DNA of 64,000 bases, from NCBI GenBank assembly GCA_002104905.1, contig MCFE01000104.1:1-64000 (forward strand), in the 5' to 3' direction. The translations under genes were made by a program, and so were the position numbers. Positions 23,944 to 35,055 of this stretch are shown piece after piece; position 1 is the first letter of the stretch; each line of letters starts with the position of its first letter. The notes under the pieces are model-generated. The model saw only the letters and a program-made list of their open reading frames with translations. It was not told the DNA's origin and did not search any database. This DNA is from Basidiobolus meristosporus CBS 931.73 (Eukaryota; Fungi; Basidiobolomycota).

Positions 23944-26900
23944 ATCTGTGGGCAAAGCAACTACTGATGAGGATGTGATAGTTACCATCCTGAATAGCCT
24001 GACAGACAGGTTTCAGGGCCTTGGATCAGCCCTAGAGTCCAGAACTGAAGATTTGACCTTAAATTTCATATATGGAAGGCTCCTGGATGAAGAATTAAGA
24101 AAATCAAGTGCCAATAAGAAGGAAGAAGAAAATGCTTTGATAAGCAATGATAGCCAACAAAGGAAGCACCAAAGACCCTACAAGGCAACAGCAACCTGTT
24201 TTGCAACTACTGCAAAAGGAAAGGACACACATCAGACCGGTGTCTCAAAAAGAGAGATAATCAGCAAAAGAAGCCTGAATATGGAAATGCTGCAACACTG
24301 AAGATAGACTATTTATATCTGCACTAAATATGACCACAAACAAGGATTCTCAGGCATGGTATATTGACTCTGGAGCTTCTCAACACTTTACACACCAAAA
24401 AGAACTTTTTACCCAATAGACCTGTTCTGTTGGATAGTGCCACATTGAGCCATGAGTGCCAAATGATGCCATAGTGTGCCAGAGAGGCCAAGTGAGTCTA
24501 TACTAGGCCACAGAGTGTGAAACATGTATCTGCATCTTTATGCAAAGCAGCCCCTGTGTTTCACGTATGATGCAGGAGAAAATCCATTTTTTGATGTTTT
24601 TTTGTGGATCAATGTTATGCAGGATGTGTAAGAGCACAGAAGTACTGAAGACATGCATTAGGTACTCAATACCCATGGCACTCTGAATCTAGCTCCTGTG
24701 GCTTGTAACATGTCACAACAATGCATGGCACTTTCTTGGTCCACTGGTACTATCTGGCACTATATCTAATTATTAGCCCTAAAGTAAGATCTATACAAAG
24801 CACTTATAGTGCCAGATAGTACCAGTGGACCAAGAAAGTGCCATGCATTGTTGTGACATGTTACAAGCCACAGGAGCTAGATTCAGAGTGCCATGGGTAT
24901 TGAGTACCGAATGCATGTTTTCAATCCTTTTGGCTCTTACACATCCTGCACAACATTGACCTAAAAAAAAGGTCAAAAAATGGATTTTCTCCAACGCAAT
25001 TGGTGAAACACACGGGCTGCTTTGCATGAAGATGCAGGTCTATGTCTCACACTCTGGCCAAGTATAGGCTCACTTAGCCTCCCTGGCACACTATGGCATC
25101 ATTTGGCACTCATGGCTCAATGTGGCACTATCCAACAGAACAAGTCTAATATCAAGAAATTCCAATTAAGAAGGTTTTCATGGGTGACAATAGGACACTT
25201 GATGCAGTGGCAGAAGGAACTATTCAAGTAAACCTTAAAAGCAGTGAAGGAAGCCATACACTCACCTTTAAAGAAGTACTCTATGTACCAGAAATAGCCA
25301 AGAACCTACTCACTGTAAGCAAGGCCATAGCAGAAGGACTCAGTTTTGAGTTTCAACAATTCTGGATGCAGGATCACTGATTAAAATGGTGCCCATATTG
25401 CTTTGGGCAACAGAGATCAGAATCTATACAAGTTGACTTATATTCCATCATATCTGGAAGCTAATATAAGTAACTTAAATGAAGAAACACCAATGCTTTG
25501 GCACAGGAGATTTGGACACATCAATTTTGATTATTTGCGTAAAATGGTCAAAGATTAGTTATTTTATGCAGTGAAAATGATCCCCCAGCTAATTTGGAGC
25601 ACTGTGAAGCCTGCATATATGGGAAACAAGCCAGTCAACTGTTCAAGAGCTCTGGGCTAATCAAAACTAAGATAAAATTAGATCTAATTAACTCAGATCT
25701 GTGTGGACCTATGCAGAATTTATCCTTAGGTGGGATGAAGTATTAAATCACTTTTATTGATGATTATACAAGATACACATGGGTCTACTTCATGGAGAGA
25801 AAGGAAGAAGCTCTGTCTAAGTTCAGGGAGCTTAAAGCCATGGTGGAGAGAGAAACTGGTGAAAAAATCAAGAAAATATGCTCTGACAATTGTGGAGAAT
25901 ATACCTCAAAAGTCTTCATCCACTTCTGCAAAATTCATAGGATTAAGCAAGAGACTACTGTACCATACTCCCCACAGCAAAATGGAGTAGTGGAATGTGC
26001 TAACAGATCAATAATTGATATGGCAAGATCTATGATCCATGATCAAAAATTATGCTATGTTTCTTGGGCAGAATCAGTTGCCACTGCTGTATACCTTAAA
26101 AATAGGAGTTATAACAGAATACTTCATGGTTCTACTCCATTTGAAGTATGGTATGGATACAGACCAAGTGCAGAACATCTAAGAATATTTGGGTGTACAG
26201 CATATGCCAAAAAACTGGCCGGAAATCAGTCAAAATTTGAGCCAAAAAGTGTAAAATGCATATTTTTGGGCTACTGCAATGAGAGTAAGGCATACAGACT
26301 CTACAATACCAAAGCAAAGAAGCTGAGCAAGTCCAGGGATATGTTGTTTGATGAAAATTCAAAATTCTCACAAAAAATGACATCAGATGATGACAAAAAT
26401 TCAATCCCAAGTCCACCAATTATTGGGATTGAATCAGAGCAAAACAATGAAGATTTTTTCACTCCAGAGGACTCTACAACCATGGTTCAGCCAGAATCAG
26501 TGCCCAGGAATATCCAAGAAGTGATCATCACAGTATCAAATGCCCGTAGATCCAATTGGACAAGAAATAGCCCAAATTACTATATCAATGAGGGTACAAA
26601 CTTAGCCTATGCCTATTCAGTCCATATTGATGAACCCCAGACTGTGAAAGAGGCCCTAAGTAGCCCCCAGACAAAGCTTTGGGGATCTGCAATGACTGAG
26701 GAATATCAGACCCTGATAGAAAATCAAACTTGGGACTTAGTCAAATTACCAATCAACCAAAAATCAATTGGGTGCAGGTGGGTCTTCAAGACAAAATACA
26801 AGGCTGATGGTACAATTGAAAGATACAAAGCAAGACTTGTGGCCTAAGGATACTCTCAAACAAAAGGACTTGACTATACTGCGACCTTTGCACTGGTAGC

Positions 26901-27190
26901 CAAGTTTAATTCCATTAAATTAATATTGGCTATTGCAGCCAAATATAAGTTTTTTATTCATCAAATGGATGTAAAAACTGCATTTTTGAATGGAGAACCT
27001 GATGAGGACGTGTATATGGACCAGCCTGATGGGTTTGCTGACTAAGATAACCCACATTTGGTCTGCAAGCTTAAAAAGTCACTATATGGTCTCAAACAAT
27101 CCCCAAGAGCCTAGAATTGCAAGATAGATTCTTATTTGGAATCTTTGAGTTTCAAAAGGAGTAATGCTGACTATAGTATATACTATAAGC
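23944..27190 (+). mobile_element. Outer Copia, internal region (mid-gag, protease, integrase, start of RT), degenerate
   Basis: Nearly colinear with the inner copy from about 27990. ORF 25792-26847 has integrase (SDNCGEY..PQQNGVVE) and RT start (KYKADGTIERYKARLVA). Several stops and indels. Confidence 0.9.
24418..25147. mobile_element. Foldback/MITE-like element, 730 bp, almost entirely inverted repeat (arms about 345 bp, 40-bp spacer)
   Basis: Arms 24418-24764 and 24805-25147; termini AGAC(C/T)TGTTCTG. Absent from the inner Copia at the same site. 3-bp duplication AAT. Recurrent GTGCCA/TGGCAC motif. Confidence 0.9.
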
Positions 27191-27539
27191 TGTTGTAAAA
27201 ACTCATAATTCCACCTAAATATTCACCTAACTTAGTCACTTAGATCATCACCTTCAAATCCTAGAGAATACTGACCAAATTCCTTGTTGGGATTTACTTA
27301 GAATATTTTCACCAAAATGCCAGGTACCCAGAACATGAAAATTCTCAAAGTTGTCCAAACAGCCCCAAACTTTGCACACATGCTCTTGGGACCTTCCGTA
27401 ATCTATTCTACATGTTGGTAATGCCAAGACCAGGTAAAAGTATAAATACTACTTTTACATTCAATAAATCATTAAGTGAAAACCACATAATCTACCTGTT
27501 CTCCCAATCACTTCCAATATCTCCAAGACTCTTACAACA

Positions 27540-27551
27540 GGTTATGAGCCC
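27540..27551 (+). promoter_or_regulatory. Copia PBS GGTTATGAGCCC, complementary to the tRNA-iMet anticodon arm (half-tRNA primer)
   Basis: Directly after the LTR end. Complement GGGCUCAUAACC contains the CAU anticodon loop, the same PBS type as Drosophila copia and Ty5. Confidence 0.8.
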
Positions 27552-27570
27552 CAAGCTGTCACTCTCTGCA

Positions 27571-30500
27571 ATGTCTACTACTGCTATTACTGGAATTTTT
27601 CCCTCTGCTGAAAAGTTGGATGGATCTAACTACCAAGTGTGGAAGGTGAAGATGAAGATGCTGCTACAAGAAAGAGGCCTTTGGGATATTGTCATGGGAG
27701 AAGAATGCCCTCCTAAAAACATGGGAGAGGAAGCCTTAAAGTACCAGAAGAAAGAACAAAGTGCCTTTAACTGCATTTGCCTTAATGTCAAGGACAAATT
27801 GCTAATTCAATGCTCAAGAGCAAAAACAGCAAAGAATGCCTGGAAGGCATTAGAAGACACCTACAAGTCATGTTCAGCTGCCAAGAAGATGTATCTGAGA
27901 CAAAAATTCTTTACTACAAAGATGCTGCCAGGAGAAGAAATGAAAAATCTAATTAACAGAATTACCCTGCTGGTAGATGAGATGGAATCTGTGGGCGTAC
28001 CAACTACTGATGAGGATGTGATAGTTACCATCCTGAATAGCCTGACAGACAAGTTTCAGTGCCTTGTATCAGCCCTAGAGTCCAGAACTGAAGATTTGAC
28101 CTTAAATTACGTATATGGAAGGCTCCTGGATGAAGAATTAAGAAAATCAAGCACCAATAAGAAGGAAGAAGAAAATGCTTTAATAAGCAATGATAACCAA
28201 CAAAGGAGGTACCCAAGACCCTACAAAGGCAACAGCAACCTATTTTGCAACTACTGCAAAAGGAAAGGACATACATCAGACCGGTGTTTCAAAAAGAGAG
28301 ATTATCAGCAAAAGAATCCTGAATATGGAAATGCTGCAACAACTGAAGATAGACTATTCATATCTGCACTAAATATGACCACAAACAAGGATTCTCAGAT
28401 GTGGTATATTGACTCTGCAGCTTCTCAACACTTTACACACCAAAAAGAACTTTTTACCCAATATCAAGAAATTCCAATTAAGAAGGTTTTCATGGGTAAC
28501 AATAGAACACTTGATGCAGTGGGAGAAGGAACTATCCAAGTAAACCTTAGATGCAGTGAAGGAAGCCATACACTAACCTTCAAAGAAGTACTCTATGTAC
28601 CAGAAATAGCCAAGAACCTACTCACTGTAAGCAAGGCCACAGCAGAAGGACTCAGTTTCAGTTTTGACAATTCTGGATGCAGGATCACTGATCAAAATGG
28701 TGCCCATTTTGCTTTGGGCATCAGAGATGAGAATCTATACAAGTTGACTTATATTCCATCATATCTGGAAGCCAATATAAGTAACTTAAATGAAGAAACA
28801 CCAATGCTTTGGCACAGGAGATTTGGACACATCAATTTTGATTATTTGCGTAAAATGATCAAAGATCAGCTAATTTCTGGAGTGAAAATTGATCCCCCAG
28901 CTAATTTGGAGTACTGTGAAGCCTGCATATATGGGAAACAAGCCAGACAACTGTTCAAGAGCTCTGAGTTAATCAAAACTAAGATAAAATTAGATCTAAT
29001 TCACTCAGATCTCTGTGGACCTATGCAAAATTTATCCTTAGGCAGGATGAAATATTTAATCACTTTTATTGATGATCATACAAGATACATATGGGTCTAC
29101 TTCATGGAGAGAAAGGAAGAAGCTCTGTCTAAGCTCAGGGAGTTTAAAGCCATGGTGGAGTGAGAAACTGGTGAAAAAATCAAGAAAATACGCTCTGACA
29201 ATTGTGGAGAATATACCTCAAAACTCTTCATCCACTTCTGCAAAATTCATGAGATAAAGCAAGAGACTACTGTACCATACTTCCCACAGCAAAATGGAGT
29301 AGCAGAATGAGCTAACAGATCAATAATAGATATGGCAAGATCTATGATCCATGATCAAAAATTATCCTATGATTTTTGGGCAGAATCAGTTGCCACTGCT
29401 GTATACCTTAAAAATAGGAGTTATAACAGAATACTTCGTGATTCTACTCCATTTGAAGCATGGTATGAATACAGACCAAGTGCAGAACATCTAAGAATAT
29501 TTGGGTGTACAGCATATGCCAAAAAACTGGCCAGAAATCAGTCAAAATTTGAGCCAAAAAGTGTAAAATGCATATTTTTGGGCTACTGCAATGAGAGTAA
29601 GGCATACAGACTCTACAATACCAAAGCAAAGAAGCTGAGCAAGTCCAGGGATATGTTGTTTGATGAAAATTCAAAATTCTCACAAAAAATGACATCAGAT
29701 GATGACAAAAATTCAATCCCAAGTCCACCAATTATTGGGATTGAATCAGAGCAAAACAATGAAGATTTTTTCACTCCAGAGGACTCTACAACCATGGTTC
29801 AGCCAGAATCAGTGCCCAGGAATATCCCAGAAGTGATCATTACAGTATCAAATGCCCGTAGATCCAATTGGACAAGAAATAGCCCATATTACTATATCAA
29901 TGAGGGTACAAACTTAGCCTATGCCTATTCAGTCCATGTTGATGAACCCCAGACTGTAAAAGAGGCCCTAAATAGCCCTCAGTCAAAGTTTTGGAGATCT
30001 GCAATGACTGAGGAGTATCAGGCACTGATGGAAAATCAAACTTGGGACTTAGTCAAATTACCAATCAACCAAAAATCAATTGGATGCAGATGGGTCTTCA
30101 AGACAAAATACAAGGCTGATGGTACAATTGAAAGATACAAAGCAAGACTTGTAGCCAAAGGATACTCTCAAACAAAAGGACTTGACTATACTGAGACCTT
30201 TGCACCGGTAGCCAAGATTAATTTTGGCTATTGCAGCAAAATATAAGTTTTTTATTCATCAAATGGATGTAAAAACTGCATTTTTGAATGGAGAACTTGA
30301 TGAGGACGTGTATATGGACCAGCCTGATGGGTTTGATGACCAAAATAACCCCCATTTGGTCTGCAAGCTTAAAAAGTCACTATATGGTCTCAAACAATCA
30401 CCGAGAGCCTGGAATTGCAAGATAGATTCTTATTTGGAATCTTTGAGTTTCAAAAGGAGTAATGCTGACTATAGTATATACTATAAGCCAGATAGAGCAA

Positions 30501-31501
30501 ATCCAGTTCCATTAGCTCTATATGTGGATGATCTTATTATAGCCACCAATAACCTAGAAACATTGGAAGAGACTAAATCCAGCCTATCTAAGGAGTTCAA
30601 GATGTCCGATCTAGGAGAACTTAGTTACTACTTAGGGATTAAGTTCTCCATAGACAGAAGTACCCAGACTATTACCCTAAGCCAATCCAAGTACATTCAA
30701 GATATACTCAGGAAGTACAAAATGGAAGACTGTAAACCGGCAGCCACCCCAATGGAGACAAACCTTAACTTGGTCAAAACTAAACCAAATCAAGAGAGCT
30801 TGGTGCCATCTGAAAGCCCTGACTTTCCTTATCAATCTATGGTTGGCAGTCTGATGTATATCATGCTTGGAACATGTCCAGATAACTCATATTCAGTGGG
30901 AGTTGTCAGTCAACATAATCAGAATTATGGATCTGATCATATTGCAGCAGTTAAGCGGATTTTTAGATACCTAAAAGGAACTGCTGATATCTGCTTAAGA
31001 TTCACTTATAAGGATTCAGAACAGGATCTTGTGGGATACTCTGATGCTGATTGGGGACGAAATTTGGAAGACAGAAGATCTACCACAGGATACACCTTTC
31101 TTTACTGTAAAGGAGCAATTTCATGGAATTCAAGAAAGCAACCAACCGTAGCACTTTCTACTACAGAGGCAGAGTATATGGCAGCCTGTGAAGCTACAAA
31201 AGAAGCAATGTGGTTAAGAAAGCTCCTTACAGATTTAGGCCTATGTCAAAAAACGCCTATTACTTTATTTCAAGATAAACAAGGATGTATACAATTAGGT
31301 AGAAATCCAACTTTTCATGCTAGAACCAAGCACATAGATATTAGACATCATTTCATACGTGAAGCTATAGAGAATAACTTAGTTAGCTTAGTTTACTGTC
31401 CTACAGATGAAATGATTGCAGTCATATTTACCAAACCATTAGCTAGAGACAAGTTTGAATATCTTAGGTCAAAATTAGGACTAGTCAGTATGAACATTTA
31501 G
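27571..31501 (+). pseudogene. Inner Copia gag-pol (Gag, CCHC, protease, GAG-pre-integrase, integrase, RT, RNase H) with two stops and one small deletion
   Basis: KLDGSNYQVWKVKMKMLL gag; CNYCKRKGHTSDRC; WYIDSAAS; LWHRRFGH; HSDLCGP; QMDVKTAFL; YVDD; YSDADW. Stops at 29161 and about 29308; frameshifting deletion near 30215. Confidence 0.9.
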
Positions 31502-31861
31502 ATGAGTGGGAGTGTTGTAAAAATTTGTAATTCCACCTAAATATTCACCTAACTTTGTCACTTAGATCATCACCTTCAAATCCTAGAGAATACTGACCAA
31601 ATTCCTTGTCGGGATTTACTTAGAATATTTTCACCAAAATGCCAGGTACCCAGAACATGAAAATTCTCAAAGTTGTCCAAACAGCCCCAAACTTTGCACA
31701 CATGCTTTTGGGACCTTCCGTAACCCATTCTACGTGTTTGTAATGCCAAGACCAGGTAAAAGTATAAATACTACTTTTACATTCAATAAATCATTAAGTG
31801 AAAACCACATAATCTACTTGTTCTCCCAATCACTTCCAATATCTCCAAGACTCTTACAACA

Positions 31862-32751
31862 TAAGCCAGATAGAGCAAATCTAGTTCTATTAGCTCTATA
31901 TGTGGATGATCTTATTATAGCCACCAATAATGTAGAAACATTGGAAGAGACTAAATCCAGCCTATCTAAGGAGTTCAACATGTCTTATCTAGGAGAACTT
32001 AGTTACTACTTAGGGATTAAGTTCTCCATAGACAGAAGTACCCTGACTATCACCCTAAGCCAATCCAAGTATATTCAAGATATATTAAAGAAGTACCAAA
32101 TGGAAGACTGTAAACCAGCAGCTACCCCGATGGAGACAAACCTTAACTTGGTCAAAACTTAACCAAATCAAGAGAGCTTGGTGCCATCTGAAAGCCCTGA
32201 CCTTCCTTATCAATCTATGCTCAGCAGTCTGATGTATATCATGCTTGGTACACGTCCGGATATCTCATATTCAGTGGGAGTTGTCAGCCAACATAATCAG
32301 AGCTATGGATCTGATCATATTGCAGCAGTTAAGCAGATTTTTAGATATCTTAATGCAGAGTATATGGCAGCATGTGAGTCCACAAAAGAAGCAATGCAGT
32401 TAAGAATGTAGTAAAAATTTGTAATTGCACCTAAATGCTCACCTTAGTCACTTAGTCTGAATTATCTAGGATTGGTAGGTAATGATCTAAGTTCCTTATT
32501 GGGATTTTCTTAAAATATTTCCACCAAAACATCAGGTGCCCAGCACGTGAGATTTCACAAAGTTGTCCACATGGCCCCAAACTTTGCATACATGTTCTTG
32601 GGAGCTTCCTAAACATATTCTATATGTTTGCCATGCTAAGACCATGTAAAAGTAGAAATACCACTTTTACATTCAATAAATCATTAAGTGAAAACCATGT
32701 AGTCTACTTGTTCTCCCAAACACTTCCAATATCTCCAAAACTCTTACAACA
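31862..32751 (+). mobile_element. Outer Copia remainder (RT with internal deletions) plus a more diverged LTR (32407-32751)
   Basis: Sequence continues from the TSD (TAAGC CAGATAGAGC..LALYVDD). RNase H end and PPT are missing before the LTR. Confidence 0.85.
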
Positions 32752-33661
32752 AGAATTGCCATTGGGTTTTGCTGCAGGATAATATGGAAGGAAGCGGGTG
32801 AGGTTTGGGGCCTATTGGCTGACCTCAGAAAGGCTAACCCTTAGACCATGTGGAGAAATTTTTCAAATCAAATACCTGAGCAAAACTTGCCTCATCAAAA
32901 TGCGGTACGGATTCACTTGTAATATTGCGCAGGAAGGCTACCTACGAAGGAACCTACCGATGCAACAACCCCTTGGAGTCTTGAAATGGTATTTAGGAAT
33001 GTAGGTAATCTTCATAATAGGAGGAATACTTCTGCCATTGAACAATGAGATTCGGAGCTTGAACCAGAACAGGACACTCCAAAGAGTATATGGAATACAA
33101 TATTGTATCATTAATCAATAGAATATGGAATACGATATTGTATTACTGACCCAATTGGTCATATGGTACATATCCGTGTGTGAGGAGTGTGAGAAAGAGC
33201 GCAGAAAATGGATAAGACGAATGCGCATCACTCCGTTTCGTTAGTTCTACCAGTGGAGGAGGTGTGGGGAATAGCGATGCATACTGGTAGTGCCCCACGA
33301 AGCACCAATCAAATCCATCACAAAAACGGCGTTTGAAACCCAAATCAAAGGGAAGGGACGCTTAACAGATCTACACAGGCATGTATAACTGATGGTCCAA
33401 GGCCGTCTAATGAAGCCTCGCCGACGCAACCAGGTAGTAAGGTGGCGGCGTATACTACTGACTGTCGTAGGTTACACAAGCCCATCCACGGTCTCAATTC
33501 TGGTACAAATCGAGCGGGCACTTCGTGGTGGTAAGAGCTTATTCAACAGCGCATCTCGGCAGGGCCGGAGCAAGGTATAACCCAATTTCCTTTTCAGTAA
33601 GGGAGTCTAGATTAGCCCCGTGGAGTAACAATTTTTTCCCCGTCGCTTGCCCGAGAGGGAG

Positions 33662-33668
33662 TATAAAA
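33662..33668 (+). promoter_or_regulatory. TATA box candidate for DIC1
   Basis: TATAAAA about 38 nt upstream of the ATG at 33700. Confidence 0.4.
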
Positions 33669-33699
33669 CCTCCATCGATCGGCATACACCATCAGCATT

Positions 33700-34574
33700 A
33701 TGAGTAAGCAAGCATATCCCTTCTGGTTCGGAGGCGCAGCGGCATGTTGCGCGACCTGCGTGAGCCATCCGCTCGATCTTGTCAAGGTCCGACTGCAGAC
33801 AAACAAGGGGAAAGGAGGACCTGGGATTGCGAGGGTGCTCGTGAACACTATCAAGAGTGATGGATTGCTAGGCATCTACAGCGGTCTCTCGGCCAGTCTC
33901 TTCAGACAGCTGCTTTATTCCACCACGCGGTTCGGCTGTACGAGGTCCTAAAGAGGCGGACCAACAATGACACCTTTTCCATCACCAAGACCGTTCTGAT
34001 CTCCATGGTATCCGGGGGAGTTGGCGGGATAGTCGGCAATCCTGGTGACGTGTTAACCATTCGGATGGCTAACGACGGGAACCTGCCTCCAGAGCTGAGA
34101 AGGAACTACAAGCACATCTTCGATGGTTTGGTGCGGATCGTGGGAGAGGATGGCGTCATGGGACTGTTCCGTGGAGTGTGGCCCACCACCATCAGGGCCA
34201 TGCTGATGACCAGTGCTCAGATAGCCAGTTACGACTCGTTTAAAAATCTTCTGCTAAACCATGTTGGGATGGCTGACGGCATCGGAACCCATCTGGCTTC
34301 AAGTCTCTTGGCAGGTCTAGTCGCAACCACCGTTACCTCCCCAGTGGATGTTATCAAGACCAGGGTCATGAACTCTCACTCCAATGAAAACGCCATCCGT
34401 ATCACTGTCAACACCGTGAGGAACGAAGGGGTCCGGGCTCTGTTCAAAGGATGGCTGTCGGCGTTTATCCGTCTTGGGCCCCATACCATTTTAACCTTCG
34501 TGTTTCTGGAGAAATTTAGGGAATTCTACGATTCCAGAGCCATCCGAGTTACCAAAACCACTCACCTAATATGA
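33700..34574 (+). CDS. DIC1: Mitochondrial dicarboxylate carrier (SLC25), intronless, with an apparent 1-nt deletion near 33937
   Basis: YPFWFGG..HPLDLVKVRLQT, RQLLYSTTRFG, GNPGDVLTIRMAND..RRNYKHIFDGL, SPVDVIKTRVM, RLGPHT: three PX[D/E]XX[K/R] carrier repeats. Confidence 0.88.
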
Positions 34575-35055
34575 ACAAACTTCACTTAACCATCTTGTCT
34601 GTATTTATACTATTTCCATATCAACAATGAGCAATACCGTACCATCCAACTTGCATATCAACAATGAGCAATATCATACCATCCATATACCTTTTGCGCA
34701 ATAGTACGTTGTATGTCCATGGACCAAGCACCTAGTGTTGGAGCCTAGTCGTAGTATGTGGGGCCAACTTGGGGGTGCTTCACTGGCACGAGGCTAGAAC
34801 GATCACGAGGAAGCTTAGGCGGATCGTAAGTAGCCAAAGCCTTGGTGGATATTGCAGCCTAGATTTCCGGTGGTTCAAGTGGCTCCATAACTTGAAATGG
34901 CTTGAACGTTCCAAAACGGGATCGGATTAAACACAATTAATATGGCAAAATGCCTATGCTTCAGCGATTGATTTCCATTGTTTGGTCTACATCATAACAT
35001 TCCCATCCAGCCAAAAGCTAGAACTCAATCGGTCCTCAATAGTTGGACGTTTATC

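Larger units (their letters stand above)
27191..31861 (+). mobile_element. Inner Copia: full-length Ty1/Copia LTR retrotransposon, 4671 bp, nested in the RT of the outer copy
   Basis: 349-bp LTRs (27191-27539, 31513-31861) with about 11 differences by eye. 5-bp TSD TAAGC. PBS GGTTATGAGCCC; PPT GATGAGTGGGAG. Confidence 0.95.

Noticed and set aside
27412-27570. N-terminal extension of the Copia ORF (MLVMPRPG..) and ORF 31734-32162
   Set aside because: These start inside the LTR U3/R/U5 at non-ATG codons; they are chance read-through into gag or the outer RT.
1-32751. Neurospora-type RIP as the cause of TE decay
   Set aside because: CpA and TpG are abundant and TpA is not obviously enriched; the missing dinucleotide is CpG.
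32402-32756. LTR at 32407-32751 as an independent solo insertion with TSD AAGAA
   Set aside because: It needs a 1-nt slip, and Copia RNase H sequence does not resume after it. It is more simply the outer element's 3' LTR after a deletion; ambiguous.
33143-33875. Several short overlapping ORFs upstream of DIC1
   Set aside because: No motifs, mostly non-ATG starts, overlapping the promoter or antisense to DIC1.
33700-34574. DIC1 as a processed retrocopy
   Set aside because: It is intronless, but so is the FAM210 gene. It has a TATA box, no poly(A) tail or TSD, and normal CpG content.
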